Below are positions 14,830 to 25,025 of a stretch of 64,000 nucleotides of DNA, in pieces. This DNA is from Lingula anatina (Eukaryota; Animalia; Brachiopoda). Position numbers and translations under genes: made by a program. The notes under the pieces are model-generated. The model had not been told where the DNA came from. It was given only the letters and a program-made list of their open reading frames with translations, and ran no database searches. The stretch is taken from positions 25,234,001 to 25,298,000 of the forward strand of contig CM120642.1 of assembly GCA_051362555.1 (NCBI GenBank), written 5' to 3'. Numbering within the stretch: position 1 is the first letter of the stretch; every line of letters begins with the position of its first letter.

Positions 14830-15377
14830 ATTGCCTTCGTGTTGCTCAGCACAATTTTTATTAGAGTTAATAGGAGAGTAGGTATTAATGTTGTCAGTAG
14901 TTCCGAAAGGACGAAGTGCTCGTGGTGTTGTAGGACTCGAGAGTAATGGCGTCTACAGCATATTGCATTGCCTCATTATGAATTTTGAACAGGTTCCATT
15001 TGACGTAGTAATAATTGCCGTTGCAGGATTACATATCAACATTGACTGGTTAACGCATGAAGGGCCTCATTGCTCATCCAGAACTGTAGGCGGGGATCCC
15101 CAAAACCAAGCTTATATTAATTCCAGTTTCTATTAAAGTTAATTGTGTTGTCATATCTTCTCATCACAACGAGCCATCCGTTGTCACAATAAACTTTTTT
15201 TTTTCCAAATCCTGATATTTTGAAACGTAACACGTCTGCACCATCTACGGTGTAGCATGGAGTCTGTACTTTCTGCTTGTAGTGTTTGTTCAAGTTGAAA
15301 TCTTTTAATTGAGATGAAAAATCCTGAAATCCAACATAGCTGCCACAAAACATGTCTTTTGCATATAGCTGTCTTGC
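14830..15377 (-). pseudogene. FReD pseudogene, longest copy
   Basis: Extends upstream to a TTTCCAG acceptor; reads ...ISGFGKKKVYCDNGWLVVMRRYDNTINFNRNWN*YKLGFGD, with an in-frame TAA and further deletions. Confidence 0.85.
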
Positions 15378-16767
15378 CTGGAAATATGGCAGATTTATCA
15401 TCCCAAATTAATTTTTTCATTACTTTGGTGTATTGAATATGAAAACAAACCCCTTTTCAATTACTTGAGTTAATTGGGACTACAGTATGGCTTACAAAAT
15501 TCAAAATGGCCGCCGATGACCATGGATTTACCATTTATTTACATCTTTTTAACCAGTGGACTAAAATATGACAGCAATACTCCTCATTTCATCTAAAGTT
15601 TGGATGAGTACTTATTTTTTTTTAAATAGTGCTCATCACTACTAGACGTGTGGCCATGTAAAATGATAAAAAAAGAAAGATCAAATGGTCAACAATAACC
15701 AAAGACTAAATAATAAATTGTTTTTCTCGAAATTGCCTTCTTTCAGTCTGTGTTTATTCTTTCATTCTTTTGTTACTGTTATTACATTTGGATGTATTGA
15801 ACATTATGAAATCAAAATCATGAAGATTTGTAATAACTCAATATGGTCTACAAATATTTAAATTATCATGTGGTAGATGGTTGAAATTATTGTATCACCT
15901 CCTACCGTCTATTGGGCAAGTTGAATGACAGAAAAAAAGTCTGATTTTGAGTGAAAGGCAAGTAGTTTGCAAATATTGATGGTGACTTTGCATTTCTATT
16001 TTATTATATTTTAAGTAAAGTATTATAAAATTTTAAAATATATATTAAATATATATTGATTTTTCCAAAGTGTGGATATAATTTTACATCTCTAGCAGTT
16101 TGAAGCTGAGTTATGGCATATACATGTAAATGTTTTATTCCATTTATTCATATAGATGAACATCACCTTAGATTGTAACAAAAACTCTGTTTCAGAGTTA
16201 ACAGAAAATTTTAACTGGCTAACCAATGAACATTCTTCATTTATTAAGATATTTCATCCATGTCCAAAAAGCCTTAATCCTAAATATTTAACTAAATATG
16301 GATAAGTGTTTCCATGTAGCAGCGTAGAAAGGGCATATTTGATTTAAGTGAACGGTGCAACTTTTAGAATTATTTGTTTCTTGCACTGTTTGATATTAAT
16401 GCAGTAAAATTCAAATTTTAGAATGGCCAAGTAAATATAATTTGGCCGAAATTCTTTTAAAAATTGAAATTCCCAGTGAAATCTTAATGAATATAAAAGA
16501 TTTATATTTAGAAAACAGGTTAATTCAGTTTATCAGAAAGAGCAAAAAAAGCATTTTGAAACAAAAATGTAACACATATTCGGTCAGCAATATGAATAAA
16601 CCATGATTTGTGATGGGTACCTTGGGTTTCAGGTTTTTACACTTAAAAAGAGAGTATAGGGGTAACAATCACTGAAGACAGTAATTATGCAATTCACATC
16701 ATATCAGCATATCCAAGAGCCTAACATTTTTCAATTCCAATGCTGCTTTCAAAGTTTACAAAAAGCT

Positions 16768-16807
16768 ACTTGGCGGAGGTCTGCCCTCTCGGAGTGCTTT
16801 TCTAGTT
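16768..16807 (+). mobile_element. 3' end of a Helitron/Helentron-like element (5' boundary unresolved)
   Basis: CTTGGCGGAGGTCTGCCCTCTCGGAGTGCTTTTCTAGTT: subterminal repeat, hairpin and CTAG terminus; closes a segment of about 1.4 kb unique to unit 3. Confidence 0.5.
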
Positions 16808-17132
16808 GTAAGATGTATTTGACACAAATTGTGTTAAAATAATATTAAACAGACATGCGACAGATTAATTCAAATATTGTGAAATACCTACATAAGTACG
16901 GACTTATACATGTATGTAGGCTTCACAGTCGATGGTTTTCCAAAATGGGACGCTGAAGTGATTGATCTTCTCAATACAAAATGCACACCCCGATCTGGTG
17001 AGCCTGTCCTTTCTTTCATACCTGCAATAAGTTATTGATGACCAAAGCTGAATGACAAATATACTGCTACGCTATAATGCCTCCCCCCTCCTCCCTCGTC
17101 CTCTCAGTACCACCCTTTACAATTCTTATGTT

Positions 17133-17551
17133 ATAATTCTCCGACAAGGAGTCGACGTTGTGTTTTTGTTACCGTTAGTTTTTGGGTTTGTCTGTGGAGA
17201 GCGTCAGGCCCCAAAAACGGAGTCGACGGATTTTGCTGAAATTTTCAGAAAAAAGTCACTATTGGTCAAGGACGAAATGATTAGATTTAAGCGATGAACC
17301 ATTAATCAATTAGATGATTTATTAATTAGTAAATAAATATATAAATAATTTATATATATTTTAATATAATTTATATTATAAGTAATTGATTAATTTAGTG
17401 TGTACAGATTTCGATCAAATTTTAAGGGAAGGTCAGAAATGGGGCAAAGGATAAATAATTAGATTTTGGCGATGATCCATCAATTAATTAACGGTTAATT
17501 ATTAGTTTATATTTTGCCTTGGCAGATGTGCTTTCTGGGTGCTTTTCTGGT
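17133..17551 (+). mobile_element. HINE/DINE-1-like element upstream of copy 4
   Basis: Nearly identical to 323-741. Confidence 0.45.
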
Positions 17552-17919
17552 ACATTAGAACAGTTGCTTACCGCCTCCCTGTGTTACATGTACTATCCGG
17601 TCTGATCAAGTACCACTATACTTTTCAAGTCTCTCTGCTTCCGATAACGATGTACACAGTAAACACGTTTTTAAAAAACTATCATATCAAGTAATTCATT
17701 GTCTCTATCCAATTATTCTTTTTTACTGGATTCTTGAATACATGGTCGGCTAACTGCTTTAAGCTGTGTCATTCATCGTTGCGCATCTGATTCGCAGAAT
17801 ATTATTGGTCAGTAGCAACGCAGCTCATTATCAGTCACAAACGCCACCATAAATAAAACAACGCTTAAAGAGAGCATTTCTGTCATTTTGTTTCTGACGC
17901 ACAACCACACACTTCTAAC

Positions 17920-20128
17920 ATGAGAGAACAAAAAGGCAAGATGACCCCCGTTTTACTTCTGGCAATCCTTGAGCTTTATACCGGTTTGGCCTGTTCCAGA
18001 ACGTCTGAAGGAAGGTATCATGTCACCAAAAATTCTCGATTTGACGGAACTATTATTAAAACACTTACCTCATGGTCAATGACGGACTGCAGTGTGAAGT
18101 GTAGTGGAACGCCGGACTGCTACGGAGTGAACTATAATTCTGCCTCCCACGAGTGTGAACTTTATAGTAATGTGGGACCGCACAATCTCGAAGGTGGTTT
18201 ATCTACGTGGTCAAATGGAGGTACGTTTTTCTTCTTGTTCTTTCCTTATTTCTTTCATCATTTATTTAGTATTTTGTTTGGGTGACAAATTTCCATCTAG
18301 TGAAAAGACGCGCTTAAGAATGAAAGGTTTTTTTTACTGTGCCATAGTTATAACAAATAAAAAATACCGTCAAGCAAAAAGAAGATGTGTGTGATGCATT
18401 TGCTTGAAAAAAATTAAATACATTTTGCATAAGTTTCTTCATCTTCTCGTAATTCTAAAAGTCATAGGGAAAATTCCTTTTTAAAGAAGTATAGAAGGTA
18501 GGCACATTGGTAATAAAGATTGAATTTGATTTTAATAGGATGATATTTCAGTTTTTCTTCATTTTCTTGTAGTTCGAGAAATATGCGATGTGTCTTACGG
18601 ACCTTTCGGCGGCACTGGTGGTATCAGTTTCAGTGACCTTGATTACGCGTACAAAGGTCACATTACCGGGTTTGATCTCCAATATGCTCATGATGGTATA
18701 TATCGGTGAGTTTAGTATGCCTACCATATATTGATGAACTTTCGTTTTCAGATTATTCATTCTATGCAGATGGACATGAAATGTGCAAAAAAAATCATTT
18801 TGAGGTTTCAAATTTGATGTGAATAACCATAAAATACACTAAAACAGGCATTTTAACTATGCGGCTCTCAACCACGTTGTCAGATCTGCGTTGACGTCTT
18901 TTTAGAATGAATGATCATGTGACACCATGCTGTACGTCACTAAAAAGAGCGCGAAAATCCGCGTAAAGTGGGGTTTACTTATTAGTGATAAGAGTAAAAC
19001 TCTCCGGTAATTTCTTCTGAAAAATGATCTTCAAGTGTCACTCAAAACATTGCAAAATGAGCTGTTAATTTCATTATTTTTGTTAGGTTTTTATCTGTGA
19101 CGTAATTAACAAAACTCAAAATCCTTTTCAAATTAGTCCCTTTCCAATGATAAAAATGTGGAATTTTGGTCCTATTCTTGACCACTCACTTGGTTTTATG
19201 CTAATTATAATTAGCAAGAGTTACTCAGCAAACACGACACGTTCGGATCACGTGGCTAGCACGTTGCTATGATGTTATAATGTGGTAGCAACGTGCTAGC
19301 CACGTGATCCGAACGTGACGTGTTTGCTGGGTTTGGCTATCTCGAATGATGCACATTACGTCTGAAAAAAGAACAAAAAACTTTCGACAAGTATCCAGTG
19401 TGGCTCATAATCAGCCTACTTAAGTTGCATATATCAATTACAACACTTACTTAGCTTTTTCTCGTTACGGACCGCTCAGAGTTCTATTGGGGGCCATTCA
19501 GAATGAGTTAGTGCGCACTAACTAGCTTCACGTGGATTCTCGCTCAATTCAGTCAGATTAACGGACTGGATTTACATGCCTCCTGGCTTTGAGTAGAATA
19601 TAGAGAAGCTGGTGAAGCACAAGTACGTTGGAAACAGGAGAAGACGTCTTGGGCTGTTATCTGATTGCTTTCAGCAAGAGTCCCAGTAGTGCTCATTCTG
19701 AACAGCCCCTATAATAGACTCGCAATTGCGCGCATTTCAGCATCATGTTCTGTATGTCACACGGTTTAGGCCTTTTCATGACTTAGAATTTTAAATATCC
19801 ACTATTGCATTTGTATTTTAGTATCCGTTTTGTATATGGTGGCGTTGGAACTTCGCTACGGGGAGGGTATTCAGGGACTCCAGTCAGCGTGGTTCTTTCA
19901 AATAACGAGTACATCCATACCGTGAGGGTTACGAAATATCAAGGTGTATATTTACTTGTTGGTAGTATCGCCTTGGTGACGAACACCGCGTGCTATGGAC
20001 CATACGGCATAGAGGGGTCACCGGCGTACGAAGTGAGCCACGGCGGACGGCCATTGCGGTACGTTTCGGGGAGAAGTGGCCTTATGCTTGATGCACTAGC
20101 GTTTCATTTTGAGGACTGCCGCAGATGA
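17920..20128 (+). CDS. PAN/Apple + jacalin-like lectin, copy 4; exons 17920-18220, 18573-18705, 19822-20128
   Basis: Same exon sizes; most divergent jacalin domain; intron 2 is 1116 nt (441 nt in copy 1) owing to insertions. Confidence 0.9.
19223..19332. mobile_element. Palindromic MITE-like insertion in intron 2 of copy 4
   Basis: 47-bp arms (ACTCAGCAAACACG...GTTGCTA / TAGCAAC...CGTGTTTGCTGGGT) with 2 mismatches and a 16-nt loop; absent from copies 1-3. Confidence 0.8.
19490..19709. mobile_element. MITE with 18-bp TIRs in intron 2 of copy 4
   Basis: GGGGCCATTCAGAATGAG ... CTCATTCTGAACAGCCCC (2 mismatches); no clean TSD. Confidence 0.6.
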
Positions 20129-21329
20129 GTGAGTCGGTTTATCATGTTCCAGCACATGTTTCAAAATGTGATGAATTTTTGGATTTTTCCGTTCAGTAAA
20201 GGATTATCATTAAAAAACGACTTTCACCGACATGCACTGGGTCAAAGAGACGTGCGTTTACCGAAAAAATATCAAAAAGTTGGTAATAAATATGACGGAG
20301 ATACAAAGGCGAATCGAATGCCGCCCAATGACTTCCAATTGTTGACGAATGCGATTATGTGTGTTTAAGAAATGTAGGAGGTGAACGTTCTGCACTGTCC
20401 AATATTTTCAAGGTTAACAGCGTTTTGATGTGGTAAGACAGACAAGTCCCTGAAATGCTGTGCAGTTGCGCTTCAATGTGCTGCACAATGCAGTGTGCGT
20501 CGCACTTACAGCAATCCACAACGTCATTATCAAGGGCAATTTTCCTACATGTAACACTACGAATTAAAAAAAATCCTCACTTTTGTTCAATGATGACTTT
20601 GGGGACTATCCAAATATATTATTTCTTTGGGCGTTATATGTATCTACAGAGCGGAGTCCGGGCGAGGGAATTACTGATACTGATAAAATGTTCTCAAGAA
20701 AAACCGTCATCACCCACTCTGGATGACACACGCATTGATGAAGAAAGCACCGTTCAGTGCTTGTTCGCTTTAGACTTAATGAAGCAAACTTTTGATCAAA
20801 ATAAACAGTGATGATTCTTGATAGTTTGTGTGCCATGATATCTGATAGGTTTTATGCAGTAAAGTCAGAATAACTTGTTATCTTCACATTGCTGTTTCTC
20901 AGAGAACGTAACTTTTCAGTAAACTAAAATATCAGTTGGTCAACTTCTATTTATGTGTATGTATAAGTAACTGTCAGTTCGCTATGACATATATTTGGAT
21001 TTTCACAGAAATGCACTGTGAACGTAAATGTATTGTAATGTATTGTCAATTAAAACATCCCTCATGTATATTTATTACCATATTAACAAGTTGAAAAAAG
21101 GATATTTGGAAAGGGGTTTTACCTATTATTTCAATTATTCATATCAAATTCATGTAACCATCACTGTAATTATTGGTCAGTTGGGTCAAAATACTGTAAA
21201 ACTATAAAATCAAATACGAGTTTCGAGTGAAAATCTTGCACTGCGCGTCGTAAGTATAGCATAGTGTAGTGTTAAATAAGGTGACAGCCGTGCGTTGCAC
21301 TCAACCAGGGTCACATATTGATTTCCAAT

Positions 21330-21600
21330 ACATGGGTGTATCCAGGATTATTTGAAGGGGGGCCGACTTTTCAGGAATAACAGGCATCGGATGCAAAACC
21401 GACCCTCTGCCCCCTTGGAGTGTTTTGGAGGGCAAACAGTGCCATTTTCAATAACCAAAGGGTTGGTCAGGACCCCCCTGACCCCCCTCTAAATCCGCCA
21501 CTGTTATTTATTAGATCTGCATTTATATACACTATATTCAGGGGCGGATACAGGGGGGATCTTTTTATTTTTACCCCCTTCCCCCCCCCCCCTGCCCCCC
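21330..21600. mobile_element. CAG(G/T)GGCGGAT-type MITE copies (dispersed family)
   Basis: GGTGTATCCAGG...AAATCCGCCACTG and CAGGGGCGGATACAGG; the same terminus recurs near 5271, 10697, 30813, 35612 and 35806. Confidence 0.55.
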
Positions 21601-21604
21601 CTCC

Positions 21605-21606
<2 letters not shown>

Positions 21607-21636
<30 letters not shown>
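21607..21636. repeat. (CA)n microsatellite
   Basis: Directly visible. Confidence 0.95.
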
Positions 21637-21640
<4 letters not shown>

Positions 21641-22483
21641 AAAAAGAAAAAAAAAGAAAAGAAAAATAGTTTTCAAACTCAACTTCAAGTGGAACGAACG
21701 ATTGAAATTTAATATTGAATAAATCATAATTTACTATTTAAATTTAAAAGCCATCTAATAACAACGCAAGATCGTAATGTATACGCAAGCCTTATGACTT
21801 ATGTGTCTAGTAACGGGAGACGGAGGCCGCGTATTCTACTTTTTCTAAACCTATTGTGACAGAAAGTGATAAATCTAGCTTTCTGCGTAATAATGCTAAC
21901 ATTTTCCGATTCATGCATTGCTAGTATGGAAAATTTTTCGTATTCAGTAAAAAAGGTTTAAAAAACAACCATTTTGGATAATATTCGCACGTTATTCATA
22001 CTAACAAAAATTAGACTGCTTTAAAGGGGTCACGAGATGCACATTTTTTTACTGGCACATTTTGTCCTCAACTTCAAGTATATTTTTCACAATGCCTGTT
22101 AAGGAAGGTTTTGCAAATTACTGTCTATGAAAATGCAGTTTCGTCTAAAACAATTAACTGTGTCCTGTCCTCAAATCGTCTAGCTAACCATGGATGTAAC
22201 TTACGATTCTTTAAATGGCTGAAATATTACGAAAACATCAAACAACCAAAAATAATGACCTGCAACAAAAGACCGCACGATTTTATTTATATTTTTTTTT
22301 TCAACTTTTAAAAGCCAGGTGACACCGCGAACGTAGAGGCGATCCATTTATTGTGTTATTAAAAAAACTTAAACACAGGCATTTTCTGAAACATCATACT
22401 CGCTTCTTTATTCTGTACCTTAGATGAGAAAGTGTGAGATGGCACTGCAAGCAAGAGTTAAATGGTTTAAATTTTAGTCCGTT

Positions 22484-22487
<4 letters not shown>

Positions 22488-22519
<32 letters not shown>

Positions 22520-22526
22520 AGAACAG

Positions 22527-22562
<36 letters not shown>

Positions 22563-22563
22563 T
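22488..22563. repeat. (GT)n and (ATTT)n microsatellites
   Basis: Directly visible. Confidence 0.95.
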
Positions 22564-22859
22564 CTTTCGCAGTGATTTTTAAATATTTTTCCAGTAATTT
22601 TTAAAAACTGATGTAAGTTAAATTCGACTTGGACAAACAAATTTTCTCTCGTTAATTCTTAATAATTTTTTTGATGCTAAATGGACCTATAAATTGAGAA
22701 TCAGTGAGTGTTCTCGTGGCAGGTGAAACAATTCCCAAGTTCGATTTTCAAGCAGTGTCGACCAGCTCACTTAAAAAAAAACACAAATGGAGCTATTATG
22801 TGCCTGACCATGCAAACACTAATAATGATCAATTTAGAGCTCTAGTGTTCGACAACTTA

Positions 22860-23725
22860 AGCCTCGGTCACAACCGGACGCACGAATTTCAGGATCGTAC
22901 GTCCCCTGCGATTTTGGGGTATTGCGGAGGCCCTGGAGGTCGTAGAGGTAGAGTAGCAAGGGCCACATGAGATGTACTTTCAAGCAGGGACGCTAATTGC
23001 AAGGAGCGATGGCCGTGGAAATTGCACTCATTTCTTGAGTTTGTCTTGTCTTGTGTACGTGGCACACGCTCACCACTTTCGAAGGGAATGCAACGCACGG
23101 CGAAAGTAATGCCCTTTTGCGTTTGTGGTGACGTACTAACGGCGTGCGTCAGTTTTGCTTCCTGTGCTACTCTTTTTACTTCTTCCTCCTCCCTTTTATC
23201 CACTATGTAAGCTTCTTTCTCTTGCCTTTTGGAGGCATATTAGAAAACTATCTTGAGAAAAAATTTGAAAATTTTGAAAATTGTTGTACACGTTACGCAG
23301 GCGACGTTCATTGTAAAGACACGAGCGTGCGTCGTGAGCACGCCTTTTATACACCAGGCGGGGGGGTGACGCAAGCACGACGCATTCCCGGTGTGCTCTC
23401 GACTTTGTTCGTTAGTTGTGAGGGCGTGCGCCTTACTTTACACGCAAAGGGCACTTGTTCCTTCATTGCTTGCGACGTGCGTCTTGCACAACGCGCGTCT
23501 CTCTTGCTAACTCCGTGCGAGAGGAACAAGTTACGCTTGCGGCCTCGCTGTTCGCAGGCTATTCGTAGAATCTTTTGGACATGTCCAACATCCTCCGTAC
23601 GTGCCTACGGGCTGTCTGCGAACTCCAAATTTCGTAAGAAGGACTTGCGTGGGACGTGAGATTCTGCGCAAAATTTGGACGCAAACAGCCCGTAAGAGCC
23701 CGTACGGCCGGTTGTGATCGAGGCT
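22860..23725. mobile_element. Non-autonomous PIF/Harbinger DNA transposon, 866 bp
   Basis: 25-bp TIRs AGCCTCGGTCACAACCGGACGCACG / CGTACGGCCGGTTGTGATCGAGGCT (3 mismatches), flanked by a TTA duplication (22857-22859, 23726-23728); 3-bp TWA TSDs are characteristic of PIF/Harbinger. Confidence 0.85.
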
Positions 23726-24646
23726 TTAGGTTGTGTGATCGCCAGGGAGATGTGAAAGAAGGCCAGTGACCACTCAGACTTATAACAATGTTAAAACGCG
23801 TATTAAAAAGTGCAGTTTTCAACTTATGTTTAAAGGGATAAAGTAAACGTATAAATGAGAAATATTTAATTTCAATATTCATCTTATTGTCTCATTCATT
23901 ATTTTTTTCGTTTTTTTTTTCTCTCTCTGCTCTCGCCACTGGCATCAGAGTACTGATAACCCGAAGCCATGAATGGAGGCGTCCGTTGTTATTTATTACC
24001 TATATCAGTAGACCTTTTATGTGCAAAAAATATCCATTTGTTTCTACTGCCTGGTACAAGTTAATCAAGATATTTCACATGACTTACTGCTGCTTTCTTT
24101 CGTTTCGTAAATTCACAATAACTTGTTTTTCATTAAAAAAAAAAAACAACTCAAAATATGTTTTAGGATACTGAAGTGGCTGTATATGCTTAGTCCAGTG
24201 TACTTTCAACTGACTAACTACAATTCACTACAATCAAAACAATCATGCTCCCTCAGGCTGCCTCGAAAATGCAGTCACCCTACGCCCTATTACATTATCC
24301 ACATTTTGGATCAGTGTTCGAATACACACGTTCTATAGTGGCCTGCGAGAAGTTCACTGCTACCTGTTCCATTTTAACGGACATCGGGCCTTTCACAATT
24401 TTGGGGAGAAGGTATGTTGCTCAGAAATTGTCATCAATTTTGCCTGTGCATTTCGAAGTCACTGCTTTTTACTTTTGACTCTTATTATAAAATAAAATGA
24501 TAAACAGAATAATCAAAATAAAAAATAGTTAATAATATGTGTATGTTAAAAAGATATTATAATCAATTATGGGCATCACTATCAAACGCCACCCCCTATG
24601 AACAAGTTGACCAGGAACGCCACCATGTGACTTTATACCACTGAAG

Positions 24647-24681
24647 GTATAAAAGCGCCAAATTTTGAAATTGCGTTCATT
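24647..24681 (+). promoter_or_regulatory. TATA box and Inr upstream of the repeated-exon array
   Basis: TATAAAAG at about 24648 and TCATTC about 28 nt downstream. Confidence 0.55.
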
Positions 24682-25025
24682 CAAGGAAGACAGATCTGGA
24701 GCAACAAGAAGGATGCCATGTACTGCGCCCTGTATCAAACAAAAAGGCCGCAGGAGTCGACTCACATTTCTCCGAATATTTTCCTCGTCCCAAGTCAACG
24801 CATCGCTCATCGACATGTCCTTTCTTTCACACGCAGTCGTCCGGACGATGGATCCAACGTTTCTCAAAGCTGGCCAGCTAAAACCTTCGCTTCTCTCCTC
24901 GAGGAATCGTCGCTCAGGAATCTTCGCAGGATACATCATCGGCTTTCTGCTGTTGTGGGCTTTATTGTTGTAGTGTCATTGCATATTTTTCCATGTATTC
25001 CAGGTTTCTTTTCATTATATATATA

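Larger units (their letters stand above)
100..20836 (+). repeat. Tandem segmental duplication, four units of about 5.4-5.7 kb
   Basis: ATGs at 1108, 6512, 12178 and 17920; introns, UTRs and intergenic DNA align between units. Confidence 0.95.

Noticed and set aside
22021-22045. TTAA-AGGGGTCAC, a Kolobok-like terminus
   Set aside because: No matching inverted end was found in the window.
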